DNA of 64,000 nucleotides from an uncultured Bacteroidales bacterium (lineage in GTDB: Bacteria > Bacteroidota > Bacteroidia > Bacteroidales > Paludibacteraceae), in the NCBI GenBank assembly GCA_902799555.1, contig CADCBB010000002.1, positions 45,552 to 109,551 on the forward strand, read 5' to 3'. Position numbers and translations under genes: made by a program. Below, one piece after another: positions 39,576 to 49,625 of this stretch. Positions within the stretch are counted from its first letter, which is position 1; the number at the start of each line of letters is the position of its first letter. The notes under the pieces were generated by a model. That model searched no databases. It had not been told where the DNA came from and saw only the letters and a list, made by a program, of their open reading frames with translations.

Positions 39576-39606
39576 CAAAAGTACTGCTTTTTTTTGAATT
39601 GACCAA
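39576..39606 (-). promoter_or_regulatory. Promoter for tRNA-Pro (and probably proS)
   Basis: TTGGTCAATTCAAAAAAAAGCAGTACTTTTG on the minus strand, followed by GCACCCGCTTT as at the tRNA-Met promoter. Confidence 0.65.
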
Positions 39607-39628
39607 ATAATTCTGCATTTTTTTGCAA

Positions 39629-41944
39629 TTATTTTGCACTTTTTCGCTTAAAAGTGCGTTTTCCGGGCTTAATCGGCTCGGATTTGGCCATTATTTCGCG
39701 TACTTGCTCTTCGGTCAAGGTCTGCGGATCCGTATGCTTTGGAATCTGATAATTGCCTTCTGCCGTATGGATGTAAGCGCCGTACTTGCCATTCAGTACC
39801 TGTACCTCACCCCATTGGTGAATCGGCGTGGCACTCTGCTGCTTTTCCGTAATCAGTGCTATCGCTTCGTCCATCTTCACCGTCAAGGGGTCTTTGCCCT
39901 TCGGAATAGAGATGAATAGTTTGTCATAGTGGATATACGGTCCGTATTTACCTTCTCCGATAATAACCGGCTTACCTTCATACTCACCCAACGTGATCGG
40001 CAGTGCATTCTTGAACAAATCCAAGGCCTCCGACAAGGTGATGGTATAGATAGACTGATTCTTCTTCAGGCTGGCAAAACGCGGTTTGGCATCAGCGGAA
40101 TCCCCCATCTGTACACAGGGACCGATCTTACTGATCTTAGCGATAATAGGCTGTCCCGTCTCCGGATCATTTCCTATCAAACGTCCTTCTACCTTACCTG
40201 ACGGAACGGCCGTCAGAAGCGGTTGGAATCGTTTATAGAACGCATCTACCGTCGTGATCCAATCCACCTTTCCGGCAGCGATACGGTCGAATTGCTCCTC
40301 TTCATGCGCCGTGAAGTCATAACTGAGGATAGCGGGGAAATGCGCTACCAGAAAATCATTCGTGATCCGTCCCAAATCGGTCGGCAAGAAGCGTTGGGTA
40401 TCTGCACCGTACAACTCGCTCTTTAGTTTCTCCGTCACCATGCCGTTTTTGAGAGTCAGGATAGCGATATCGCGTTTCACACCGGCTACCGAACCCTTCT
40501 CCACATATTTGACATGCTGAATGGTATCGATGATAGTCGCATAGGTGGACGGACGACCGATACCTAACTCTTCCATTTTCTTCACCAGTGTCGCGTCGTT
40601 ATAACGCAAAGGCGGTTTAGCGTAAGTTTGGATAGCCTCAGCGTTTTGCAATTTCAGTCGCTCACGCGGAGACATAGCCGGTAACAGGCGACTCTCTTCT
40701 TCCGCCTCATCCGTCGATTGTACGTACACGCGGGTAAAACCGTCAAAAGTGATCACCTCACCGGTAGCCATAAACGCATATTTACTGCCATGAATAGACA
40801 CCTCGATGGTTGTCTTCTCGCTCTGCGCTTCTGCCATCTGGCTGGCTATCGTACGTTTCCAAATCAGTTCGTACAAACGTTGCTCATCACGCGTCTCACC
40901 GGCGGTCAGTTTATTCATGTATGCCGGACGGATTGCCTCGTGTGCCTCTTGCGCGCCCTTTGATTTGGTGCGGAACTGACGGGTATGTACGTACTCTTTT
41001 CCGTATTGCTCCGCGATCACCTCTTTGCTGGTAGCCAAAGCCAGGGAAGAGAGGTTGACCGAGTCGGTACGCATATAGGTGATAGCACCGCTCTCATATA
41101 ACGACTGCGCCAGACGCATCGTCTTCGAGACCGTAAATTTCAACTTACGCGCCGCTTCCTGCTGCAAAGTCGAGGTGGTAAAAGGCGGGGCCGGCATATG
41201 CGTTACGGGTTTGCGTTGCACGTCACGTACAATGAACTGCGCCGTATTCAGACTCTCCAAGAACTCAATCGCATCTTTCTTATGCGAGAATCGATGGTTC
41301 AGTTCGCATTTAAGAATGGATGCATCGCCGGGGTTAGCACCGATAAAATCAGCAAAAATACGGTAAGCAGACGAAGCGCGGAAAGCCTCTATCTCGCGCT
41401 CTTTCTCTACGATCAAACGAACCGCTACCGACTGCACACGACCTGCCGAAAGACCGGTTGTCACTTTCTTCCAGAGGATCGGCGACAACTCAAATCCCAC
41501 GATACGATCCAGCACACGACGTGCCTGCTGTGCATTCACCAGATTATAGTCGATATCACGCGGGTTGGCGATTCCGTCCAATACATCACTCTTCGTGATC
41601 GACGAGAAAACGATACGGTGCGTTTCCTTGTTCTCCAAACCTAATACATGGTATAGGTGCCAAGCAATAGCTTCTCCTTCACGGTCTTCATCGGAAGCCA
41701 ACCATACCACATCCGATTTGGCTACCTCTTTACGTAACTCCTCCACCAGACGCTCTTTATTCGCGTCAATGACATAGTTCGGTTCGTATCCATGCTCCAG
41801 ATCGATACCCAGCGAGTTTTTACCTTTCGGTTCGATATCGCGGATATGACCCTGACTGCTCATCACTTTGAAATCGTCTCCCAAAAACGACTTGATCGTT
41901 TTCACCTTTCCCGGAGACTCCACTATTACCAAATTTTTGCTCAT
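39629..41944 (-). CDS. topA: DNA topoisomerase I
   Basis: Toprim N-terminus LVIVESPGKVKTI and catalytic Tyr context ITYMRTDS. ATG 41944 preferred over TTG 41950. Confidence 0.95.
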   Translation of the reverse strand: MSKNLVIVESPGKVKTIKSFLGDDFKVMSSQGHIRDIEPKGKNSLGIDLEHGYEPNYVIDANKERLVEELRKEVAKSDVVWLASDEDREGEAIAWHLYHVLGLENKETHRIVFSSITKSDVLDGIANPRDIDYNLVNAQQARRVLDRIVGFELSPILWKKVTTGLSAGRVQSVAVRLIVEKEREIEAFRASSAYRIFADFIGANPGDASILKCELNHRFSHKKDAIEFLESLNTAQFIVRDVQRKPVTHMPAPPFTTSTLQQEAARKLKFTVSKTMRLAQSLYESGAITYMRTDSVNLSSLALATSKEVIAEQYGKEYVHTRQFRTKSKGAQEAHEAIRPAYMNKLTAGETRDEQRLYELIWKRTIASQMAEAQSEKTTIEVSIHGSKYAFMATGEVITFDGFTRVYVQSTDEAEEESRLLPAMSPRERLKLQNAEAIQTYAKPPLRYNDATLVKKMEELGIGRPSTYATIIDTIQHVKYVEKGSVAGVKRDIAILTLKNGMVTEKLKSELYGADTQRFLPTDLGRITNDFLVAHFPAILSYDFTAHEEEQFDRIAAGKVDWITTVDAFYKRFQPLLTAVPSGKVEGRLIGNDPETGQPIIAKISKIGPCVQMGDSADAKPRFASLKKNQSIYTITLSEALDLFKNALPITLGEYEGKPVIIGEGKYGPYIHYDKLFISIPKGKDPLTVKMDEAIALITEKQQSATPIHQWGEVQVLNGKYGAYIHTAEGNYQIPKHTDPQTLTEEQVREIMAKSEPIKPGKRTFKRKSAK

Positions 41945-41985
41945 ATGCAACTATAAATAAGGTGTACCCTCAAAAAAATCGGCTG

Positions 41986-42016
41986 CAAAAGTAGTATAAT
42001 TAATTTATTTATGCAA
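41986..42016 (-). promoter_or_regulatory. Promoter for topA
   Basis: TTGCATAAATAAATTAATTATACTACTTTTG on the minus strand. Confidence 0.6.
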
Positions 42017-42031
42017 AAAATTTTTTTTCGC

Positions 42032-42062
42032 TTGCATATATCAAAGATATTTAGTATCTTTG
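42032..42062 (+). promoter_or_regulatory. Promoter for the nfeD / floA / amidase / recJ / tdk / priA string
   Basis: TTGCATATATCAAAGATATTTAGTATCTTTG. Confidence 0.65.
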
Positions 42063-42111
42063 CAGCCGATTTGAAAAAAAATAGTTGTAATTTTTTTAAC
42101 AAAACACTTGC

Positions 42112-42438
42112 ATGAACGTATTTTTAGTCGTATTATTAGTGCTCGCGGGCGTCGCGTTATTATTAATGGAGATGTTCCTTCTGCCGGGTTTCGGCATTGC
42201 GGGCATCGGCGGTTTCGGTTGCCTGATTGCAGCCGTGGTGTTGGCATGGATATGGATCGGAAAGATGGCGGGCTATATCACGCTTGGAGCATGTCTCCTC
42301 TTGTCCGCGCTTGCCGTATGGGGATTCCTGCGCAGTCATGCATTGGATAAGATGGCGTTGGACTCCAAGATCGACAGCCATGTCGAGTTAGCGAAGAATA
42401 AACTTAATAAAGATAATAAAGATAAAAAGGAGGACTAA
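42112..42438 (+). CDS. NfeD-like small membrane protein
   Basis: 108 aa with three hydrophobic segments, immediately upstream of floA as NfeD partners usually are. Confidence 0.6.
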   Translation: MNVFLVVLLVLAGVALLLMEMFLLPGFGIAGIGGFGCLIAAVVLAWIWIGKMAGYITLGACLLLSALAVWGFLRSHALDKMALDSKIDSHVELAKNKLNKDNKDKKED

Positions 42439-42440
42439 TT

Positions 42441-43421
42441 ATGGATGTACTCACCCTCATTATCGTGACCTTGGTTGCGATTGCGTTAATCATTTTCTTT
42501 TACTACGTACCTTTCATGCTGTGGATCAACGCAGTAGTGAGCGGTGTACGTATCAGTCTGGTACAGCTCTTCTTGATGCGAATCCGTAAGGTGCCGCCTA
42601 CAAAGATCGTTAACTGTATGATCGAGGCGCATAAAGCAGGTCTGATGGAGGTGAAGCGTGACGGTCTCGAAGCGCATTACCTGGCCGGTGGTCATATCGA
42701 GCGTGTGGTACATGCCCTTGTCTCAGCCTCCAAAGCCGGTATCGACCTCTCCTTCCAGATGGCTACAGCCATTGACTTGGCAGGACGTGATGTATTCGAA
42801 GCCGTTCAGATGTCTGTCAATCCGCGCGTCATTGATACCCCGCCGGTAGCGGCCGTTGCCAAAGATGGTATTCAGTTGATTGCCAAAGCCCGTGTCACCG
42901 TTCGTGCGAACATCCGCCAACTCGTCGGAGGTGCCGGTGAAGATACGATCCTGGCCCGTGTAGGTGAAGGAATCGTCAGCTCTATCGGTAGTGCTGAGAG
43001 CCATAAGCAAGTGCTCGAAAACCCCGATTCCATCAGTAAACTCGTGCTTTCCAAAGGTCTCGATGACGGTACGGCTTTCGAGATCCTCTCTATTGATATC
43101 GCTGACATTGATGTAGGTAAGAATATCGGTGCGCAACTGCAGATGGATCAGGCCGAAGCGGATAAGAATATCGCCCAAGCCAAAGCGGAAGAGCGTCGCG
43201 CCATGGCTATCGCCCAGGAGCAGGAGATGAAAGCGAAAGCACAGGAAGCACGTGCCAAGGTGATCGAAGCCGAAGCACTCGTGCCGCAGGCGATGGCAGA
43301 AGCCTTCCGTAACGGAAACCTCGGCATTATGGATTATTACCGCATGCAGAATATGCAAGCCGACACCGCTATGCGCGAGAACATCGCCGGTACCGGTTCG
43401 GAGAAGAAAGGCAAAAAATAA
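42441..43421 (+). CDS. floA: Flotillin-like protein FloA (UPF0365/SPFH family)
   Basis: N-terminal membrane hairpin and the pattern [27 protein letters not shown], followed by an SPFH-like body. Confidence 0.85.
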   Translation: MDVLTLIIVTLVAIALIIFFYYVPFMLWINAVVSGVRISLVQLFLMRIRKVPPTKIVNCMIEAHKAGLMEVKRDGLEAHYLAGGHIERVVHALVSASKAGIDLSFQMATAIDLAGRDVFEAVQMSVNPRVIDTPPVAAVAKDGIQLIAKARVTVRANIRQLVGGAGEDTILARVGEGIVSSIGSAESHKQVLENPDSISKLVLSKGLDDGTAFEILSIDIADIDVGKNIGAQLQMDQAEADKNIAQAKAEERRAMAIAQEQEMKAKAQEARAKVIEAEALVPQAMAEAFRNGNLGIMDYYRMQNMQADTAMRENIAGTGSEKKGKK

Positions 43422-43455
43422 TTGTACATTGTAAATTGTTAATTGTACATTGAAG
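43421..43455 (+). repeat. Heptamer micro-array ATTGTAM x5
   Basis: ATTGTAC-ATTGTAA-ATTGTTA-ATTGTAC-ATTGAAG. Begins at the last base of the floA stop; the last unit carries the TTG start of the amidase gene. Confidence 0.9.
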
Positions 43456-44244
43456 ATCGCTCTTCTCCAATATCCTGTCGTCTGGGCAGATCCGCAAGCG
43501 AATGTGGGTCTGCTGGATGAACGCTTGCAGGCTATTGCCGGTCAAGTGGATATGGCCGTGGTGCCAGAGATGTTCAGTACGGGTTTTTGTACCGATCGTC
43601 CCGGTCTGGCGGAACCCTGGGGAAGCGGACCTACCTGCCAAGCCTTGCAGCACATGGCAGATACGTATAATATGGCTATCGTCGGTTCGATGATGGCTAC
43701 CGACCAAGGCAAACTGTATAACCGCGGATTCCTCTTCTCTCCTCAAAGTGCGCCGCAGTACTACGACAAGCATCATCTGTATGCCAGCGGAGGCGAAGCG
43801 GAGTTCTTCACACCGGGTAACGAACGGAAGATCTTCGAGTTCCGTGGCGTCAAGATTCGTCTGGCGGTATGTTATGACTTGCGGTTCCCGGTATGGTTGA
43901 GGCAGGATAAGAACAACCTATACGACATCCTGATTGTGGTCGCTTGCTGGCCTACGATACGTATCCAGTATTGGGATACCTTACTGCCTGCCAGAGCGGC
44001 GGAGAACCACTGCTACGGCATCGGTGTGAATATGGTTGGAACGGATGGCATCCAACTCGATTATAACGGACATTCGGCCGCATACGACACCTGGCTCAAG
44101 GATATAGCGGGCTTTGAAGATTATGAGCATGCCACGCGGATTGTGGACTTGTCCATAGAGAAACTACGCCATTTCCGGGAAGTACTCCCTCAATGGCAAG
44201 AAGCAGATGAATACGAACTGGAAAATAAAAGAGTTAACGCCTGA
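43450..44244 (+). CDS. Carbon-nitrogen hydrolase (omega-amidase YafV-like)
   Basis: Triad contexts VVPEMF, YDKHHLY, LAVCYDLRFP. The TTG start sits inside the last unit of a heptamer array. Confidence 0.8.
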   Translation: MKIALLQYPVVWADPQANVGLLDERLQAIAGQVDMAVVPEMFSTGFCTDRPGLAEPWGSGPTCQALQHMADTYNMAIVGSMMATDQGKLYNRGFLFSPQSAPQYYDKHHLYASGGEAEFFTPGNERKIFEFRGVKIRLAVCYDLRFPVWLRQDKNNLYDILIVVACWPTIRIQYWDTLLPARAAENHCYGIGVNMVGTDGIQLDYNGHSAAYDTWLKDIAGFEDYEHATRIVDLSIEKLRHFREVLPQWQEADEYELENKRVNA

Positions 44245-45919
44245 GGAGCAAACGGCTGCAGAGCGTCTGAGTGCCGAACTGGATATCAGTCCGGTGGCGG
44301 GACGTATCTTGGCCGGAAGAGGCATCCGAACGGCTGCGGAAGCGCGGGCATACATACGTCCGTCGCTGGATAGCCTGCATGATCCCTTCCTGATGCAAGA
44401 TATGGGTGCCGCTGTGGATCGACTCTGCCGCGCTATTGATAATCATGAACGCATCATGGTCTATGGCGATTATGACGTGGATGGCACAACGGCTGTCGCA
44501 CTCATGTACTCGTTCTTGCGCACGCAGACGGATAATCTCATCTATTATATCCCGGACCGTTACACGGAAGGATATGGTATCTCCACGAATGGTATCGACA
44601 CGGCAAAAGAGAAAGGGTGTACGCTCGTTATCGCACTCGACTGCGGAATCAAGTCCGTGGAGAAGATGCAGTATGCCAAGTCCCTGAATGTCGATTTTAT
44701 CATCTGTGACCACCATACGCCGGGCGACATCCTCCCCGAAGCGGTAGCAGTGCTGAATATGAAACGGGCGGACTGCCATTATCCGTTTAAGGAACTGAGC
44801 GGTTGCGGTGTGGGATTCAAGTTAGCACAAGCCTATGCCTTGCGTAGAGGTATCGATATGACGGAGGTCTATCGTCTGTTACCGTTATTGGCTATGTCTA
44901 TCGCCTCCGATGTAGTGCCCGTCACGGGTGAGAACCGCATTCTCGCTTTCTATGGTCTGCGGGCTCTCAATGCCGCACCGTCCGTAGGCGTGCAGGCGAT
45001 CATGCGCATAGCCGGTATAGAAGGAAAGACGGTGAATATGAACGATTTGGTCTTTAAATTCGGACCCCGTATCAATGCTGCCGGACGCATCAAGAGCGGT
45101 GCCGAAGCCGTTCGTCTGTTGATCACCGATGATGCGGAAGCGGCTTTCCGTTTTGCGCAGGATATCGATTCCTACAACCAGGACCGTCGGGATTTTGATA
45201 CCAAGACCACCGATGAAGCACTCGAACAACTGCAGAAAGATCCGATGAATACGGCCAAACATACGACGGTCGTCTTCTCGCCTAACTGGCATAAAGGGGT
45301 AGTCGGTATAGCAGCCAGCCGTCTGACGGAGACCTATTATCGGCCTACCATCGTCCTCACTACCGGTGACGATGATATCATCAGCGGTAGTGCCCGTTCG
45401 GTGAGTGATTTTGATATCTACACGGCCATTGACTCTTGCCGGGATCTGCTCACCAATTTCGGCGGCCATAAGTTCGCGGCCGGATTGAGTATGCATCTGA
45501 AAGATCTGCCGGAGTTCCAACGGCGTTTTGAGGAATATGTAGCCGCGCATATCACACCGGAACAGCAAGTACCTACCCTGGATATCGAAGCGGAGGTTGA
45601 ACTGAGCGATATGAATTGGAAGATGTATAAGATCCTCCAGTGCCTCGAACCCTTCGGACCGGGGAATGAACGACCGCTCTTCCTCTGTCGTCATCTGATC
45701 AATAACCGCAGTACACGCGCCGTGAGTGACGGACGCCATCTGCATCTTGATCTCACCGATCGCGTAGTAGCTATGGATGGTATCGCCTTTGGCGAAGGAG
45801 ATAAAGCCGAACATCTGCAGAACGGACGAAGCATCGATATATGCTTCTACCTCGAAGAGAACACCTATCGCGGTCGTTCCACCCTCCAGATGAATGCACA
45901 GGATATCAAGTTGAATTAA
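44207..45919 (+). CDS. recJ: Single-stranded-DNA-specific exonuclease RecJ
   Basis: DHH motifs VYGDYDVDGTT, ALDCG, ICDHH and DHHA1 motif NFGGHKFAAG. Confidence 0.9.
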   Translation: MNTNWKIKELTPEEQTAAERLSAELDISPVAGRILAGRGIRTAAEARAYIRPSLDSLHDPFLMQDMGAAVDRLCRAIDNHERIMVYGDYDVDGTTAVALMYSFLRTQTDNLIYYIPDRYTEGYGISTNGIDTAKEKGCTLVIALDCGIKSVEKMQYAKSLNVDFIICDHHTPGDILPEAVAVLNMKRADCHYPFKELSGCGVGFKLAQAYALRRGIDMTEVYRLLPLLAMSIASDVVPVTGENRILAFYGLRALNAAPSVGVQAIMRIAGIEGKTVNMNDLVFKFGPRINAAGRIKSGAEAVRLLITDDAEAAFRFAQDIDSYNQDRRDFDTKTTDEALEQLQKDPMNTAKHTTVVFSPNWHKGVVGIAASRLTETYYRPTIVLTTGDDDIISGSARSVSDFDIYTAIDSCRDLLTNFGGHKFAAGLSMHLKDLPEFQRRFEEYVAAHITPEQQVPTLDIEAEVELSDMNWKMYKILQCLEPFGPGNERPLFLCRHLINNRSTRAVSDGRHLHLDLTDRVVAMDGIAFGEGDKAEHLQNGRSIDICFYLEENTYRGRSTLQMNAQDIKLN

Positions 45920-45926
45920 AATTCAA

Positions 45927-45961
45927 CATTTGACATTTGAAATTTGAAATTGTAAATTACT
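45927..45961 (+). repeat. Heptamer micro-array CATTTGA-like x5
   Basis: CATTTGA-CATTTGA-AATTTGA-AATTGTA-AATTACT, between the recJ stop and the tdk ATG. Confidence 0.85.
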
Positions 45962-45963
45962 AT

Positions 45964-46569
45964 ATGTTTTCCGAAAGAGACACCAAAGGCCCGAGCCTCC
46001 GAAAAGGATCTATTGAAGTAGTATGCGGATCGATGTTCTCAGGTAAGACCGAAGAACTGATTCGCCGTATGAAACGTGCTAAGTTTGCCAAACTGCGTGT
46101 AGAGATCTACAAACCCGCTATCGATGTGCGTTACAGCGAAGAAGATGTAGTATCCCATGATCGCAATGTCATCCAATCGACGCCGGTGGATAGCAGTCAG
46201 AATATCCTGCTTATGGTCGATGATATCGACGTAGTTGGTATCGATGAGGCGCAGTTCTTCGATATGGGTATTGTCGATGTATGCAAGCAGTTAGCCGACC
46301 GCGGTATCCGCGTCATCTGTGCCGGACTGGATATGGACTTCAAGGGCGTACCTTTCGGACCCATGCCGGCTCTCATGGCGATTGCCGATGATGTGTATAA
46401 GACCCATGCTATCTGCGTGCATTGCGGCGACTTGGCATATGTCAGCCATCGTCTCGTAGCTTCCGAGAAACGCGTCCTCTTGGGCGAAACAGACAGTTAC
46501 GAACCCCTTTGCCGCGAATGCTATAATAGAGCGTTGGCTTTAGAGGAAAATCAAAAATCTCAAATCTAA
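45964..46569 (+). CDS. tdk: Thymidine kinase
   Basis: P-loop [11 protein letters not shown] and C-terminal Cys pairs (CVHCG, CRECY). ATG 45964 chosen over TTG 45937. Confidence 0.9.
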   Translation: MFSERDTKGPSLRKGSIEVVCGSMFSGKTEELIRRMKRAKFAKLRVEIYKPAIDVRYSEEDVVSHDRNVIQSTPVDSSQNILLMVDDIDVVGIDEAQFFDMGIVDVCKQLADRGIRVICAGLDMDFKGVPFGPMPALMAIADDVYKTHAICVHCGDLAYVSHRLVASEKRVLLGETDSYEPLCRECYNRALALEENQKSQI

Positions 46570-46584
46570 AATCACAAATTATCA
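46557..46584 (+). repeat. Heptamer micro-array ATCNNAA x4
   Basis: ATCTCAA-ATCTAAA-ATCACAA-ATTATCA. Contains the tdk stop and runs into the priA N-terminus. Confidence 0.85.
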
Positions 46585-48605
46585 ACTACGTTGATATCAT
46601 ATTACCTTTAGCTATCCGAGATACTTATACCTATAGCATCCCGGATAGTTTGTCTCTACCCGCACCGGGTACGCGGGTGGTCGTGCCACTGATGAAAAAA
46701 GAGGTACGAGGTGTCGTATTGCGCGAACATACGGAACCGATAGACGAAGCGCTGGCTTCCAAGATACGCCCGATAACGGCTGTTTTGGAGGATGCGCCGG
46801 TTGTACCGTCTTATCAACTGGCTCTCTGGCAATGGATGAGCAGTTATTACATGTGTTCCTTAGGCGAAGTGATGGCAGCGGCCTTACCCGGTGGACTCGA
46901 TAAACGGCTTACTGATCCGCCTAAGCGCAGTCGAAAAAAAGACCTGACCTATACCGGTCCAATTGAACCCATCCATGATCTGTCTCCCGCACAAGCGAAA
47001 AGTGTCGATGAAATCGAGCGTTTTTGGCATTCAGGTAAGGACATTGTGCTCCTGCATGGCGTAACCTCCAGCGGAAAAACGGATATCTATATTCATCTTA
47101 TTCAGGCGCAATTGGCGCAAGGGAAGAACGTGCTTTATCTTGTTCCGGAGATTGCGTTGACTACCCAACTCACCTCCCGCCTGCAGAAGATCTTCGGCGA
47201 TCAACTGATTGTCTATCATAGCCGTTTCACCGATGCCGAACGCGAGCAGCGATACAAACAAATATCCAATGTCCAATCTCCAATCTCCAATAACTTCGTG
47301 GTCTTGGGAGCACGAAGTTCTATCTTCCTACCTATCCCGAATATAGGCTTAGTTATTGTGGATGAGGAGCATGAACCCAGTTACAAGCAAGCCGAACCCA
47401 ATCCGCGTTACCATGCCCGCGCGGCAGCGATTGTCTTGGCCAAAGAACATGGCGCAAAGGTGCTGTTAGGTACGGCTACGCCTGCCATCGAGTCCTATTA
47501 TCTGGCGCAGAAAGGCGTTTATGGGTTAGTTTCATTAACCGAACGGTTTGGCGGTGCGGAACTGCCGGATATCCAACTGATTGACCTCAAGCGGCAGTAC
47601 GAACGCAAGGAGATGTACGATCATTTCTCGGATCCGCTGGTAGATCGGATTCGGCAATGTCTGGCGGATAATAAACAGGTGATTCTCTTTCAGAACCGCC
47701 GTGGCTATGCGCCGCAGATACAATGCGTGCAATGCGGTCAACCGCCCCGTTGCATCCAATGCGATGTGCCGATGACGCTTCACTTGCGGCCACGCGAACT
47801 GCAATGTCATTATTGCGGTTACCACATGCCTGTTCCGGCGGTATGTCCGCACTGCGGAGGCGAACTCAAAGCCGTCGGCTTCGGTACCGAACGGATTGAA
47901 GATGAGATACAAACCCTCTTCCCGGAGGCACGCGTGCTGCGCATGGATTTGGATACCACCCGTAATAAATCGGCGTATCAGGATATCATTAATGCGTTTG
48001 CCAACCATGAGTGCGATATTCTTGTTGGTACGCAGATGATCACCAAAGGCCTGCATTTCGATGATGTGCGGTTAGTGGCGGTGCTTAATGCCGATCCGCT
48101 CTTTAACCAACCCGATTTCCGGGCGTACGAACGGGCTTTCCAGATGTTGGAGCAAGTGGCAGGACGCGCAGGGCGCAAAGGCGCCAAAGGGGAAGTATGG
48201 ATTCAGACTTTTGATCCGGAGAACAAGATGTTGCAACTGGTTAAGACGCATGACTACGTGGCTTTGTATAACCAACAACTGACCGAACGGGAGATGTTCC
48301 ATTATCCCCCATTTCATCGGATCATTCGGTTGCAGTTACGTCATGCCAAGCAGGCGCAAGTGCATACGACGGCTACCCAACTGCAAGCCTATCTGACGCG
48401 TATCTTCGGTCGTCGCGTATCGGCGGTCATCATCCCGTCCGTGGAACGCGTGCAAGCCTATTATATCCGCGAACTGACACTGCGTATCGAAGCAGGGGCA
48501 AATATAGCCGAAGCCAAACGGCGTCTCAACGAAGCGATTGAGTATATTTTCTCGATGAAATCGAATAAAAACGTAAAAATAATCTTAGATATAGACCCGA
48601 TATGA
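46578..48605 (+). CDS. priA: Primosomal protein N' (PriA helicase), start provisional (ATT 46578)
   Basis: The conserved PriA N-terminus YVDIILPLAIRDTYTYSIP is in frame but upstream of the first ATG/GTG/TTG (46650). Helicase motifs GVTSSGKT and VDEEH. Four Cys pairs form the Zn region. Confidence 0.8.
   Translation: MINYVDIILPLAIRDTYTYSIPDSLSLPAPGTRVVVPLMKKEVRGVVLREHTEPIDEALASKIRPITAVLEDAPVVPSYQLALWQWMSSYYMCSLGEVMAAALPGGLDKRLTDPPKRSRKKDLTYTGPIEPIHDLSPAQAKSVDEIERFWHSGKDIVLLHGVTSSGKTDIYIHLIQAQLAQGKNVLYLVPEIALTTQLTSRLQKIFGDQLIVYHSRFTDAEREQRYKQISNVQSPISNNFVVLGARSSIFLPIPNIGLVIVDEEHEPSYKQAEPNPRYHARAAAIVLAKEHGAKVLLGTATPAIESYYLAQKGVYGLVSLTERFGGAELPDIQLIDLKRQYERKEMYDHFSDPLVDRIRQCLADNKQVILFQNRRGYAPQIQCVQCGQPPRCIQCDVPMTLHLRPRELQCHYCGYHMPVPAVCPHCGGELKAVGFGTERIEDEIQTLFPEARVLRMDLDTTRNKSAYQDIINAFANHECDILVGTQMITKGLHFDDVRLVAVLNADPLFNQPDFRAYERAFQMLEQVAGRAGRKGAKGEVWIQTFDPENKMLQLVKTHDYVALYNQQLTEREMFHYPPFHRIIRLQLRHAKQAQVHTTATQLQAYLTRIFGRRVSAVIIPSVERVQAYYIRELTLRIEAGANIAEAKRRLNEAIEYIFSMKSNKNVKIILDIDPI
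47264..47291 (+). repeat. Heptamer micro-array NTCCAAT x4 inside the priA coding sequence
   Basis: ATCCAAT-GTCCAAT-CTCCAAT-CTCCAAT, encoding ISNVQSPISN. Confidence 0.85.
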
Positions 48606-49549
48606 TAAACAGAGAGAAACGCCGAGTGGCGTATATCAATGAAATGATTGAGTCCGGCCATGCGGCAGAACTCGTAGCGATGGGAGAGAAGTACCACCAA
48701 CATCAACTCGCGCGTATCGCGCGGAATATATGTTCGCGTGCGAACGTGCGCGTAGTGCTGATTGCCGGTCCGTCTTCCAGCGGTAAGACCAGTACCAGTC
48801 ATAAACTGTGTCTCGAACTGCTGGCACAAGGCAAACAGCCGGTCGCTTTGTCCCTTGATAACTGGTATCTGAATAGCGAACTGATTCCGCGGGATGAGAA
48901 CGGTAAGCGGGATGATGAATCGATCTATGCCTTGGATATCCGTCAACTGGAAGCCGATCTGAAAGCACTTTTGGACGGCAAAGAGATTGCGCTGCCCACC
49001 TTCAATTTTGAGGCAGAGAAACGGGAATATCGGGGCGACACACTCAAACTCGAAGCGGATACCATCCTGGTTATCGAAGGCATCCATGCGCTCAATCCGC
49101 TTTTGACCGAACATATCGATGCGTCTTGCAAGTATAAGATTTACGCTTCGCCGATGAGTCCCGTATCCTTGGACGGACATAAATGGATTCCGACGCACAT
49201 ACATCGTCTGCTGCGCCGCATGAGTCGCGATTATCGTACGCGCGGTAAGAGTCCACAACAGACCATCACCAACTGGCCGTCGGTGCGCGCAGGAGAGAAG
49301 AAATGGATTGAACCCTTTAAGAAAGAGGCGGATGCACGTTTCGATACATCCATGATGTACGAACTGCCGGCTATCCGGTATGCCGTTGAGACGGCCTTGC
49401 AGACCGTACCCGCCGTTTCCAAGGAATATACCATCGCCAAACAGTTGCTTTATTATCTCAGTTTCTTCGAAGGACTGGAGGCGTCGTATGTTCCACGAAC
49501 CTCTATTCTGCGTGAATTTATCGGCGGAAGTCAGTTCAATGTGGCATGA
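48602..49549 (+). CDS. Uridine kinase / nucleoside kinase-like P-loop protein
   Basis: P-loop IAGPSSSGKTST. The start overlaps the priA stop (ATGA). Confidence 0.6.
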   Translation: MINREKRRVAYINEMIESGHAAELVAMGEKYHQHQLARIARNICSRANVRVVLIAGPSSSGKTSTSHKLCLELLAQGKQPVALSLDNWYLNSELIPRDENGKRDDESIYALDIRQLEADLKALLDGKEIALPTFNFEAEKREYRGDTLKLEADTILVIEGIHALNPLLTEHIDASCKYKIYASPMSPVSLDGHKWIPTHIHRLLRRMSRDYRTRGKSPQQTITNWPSVRAGEKKWIEPFKKEADARFDTSMMYELPAIRYAVETALQTVPAVSKEYTIAKQLLYYLSFFEGLEASYVPRTSILREFIGGSQFNVA

Positions 49550-49594
49550 TTTTGCACTTTTTTCACTTAAAAATGCAAAAAAATAGCAAAAAAT

Positions 49595-49625
49595 TTGCAC
49601 ATGTCAGAAAAAAGCAGTACTTTTG
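49595..49625 (+). promoter_or_regulatory. Promoter for tRNA-Met
   Basis: TTGCACATGTCAGAAAAAAGCAGTACTTTTG. The tRNA starts 22 nt after the -7 box. Confidence 0.7.
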
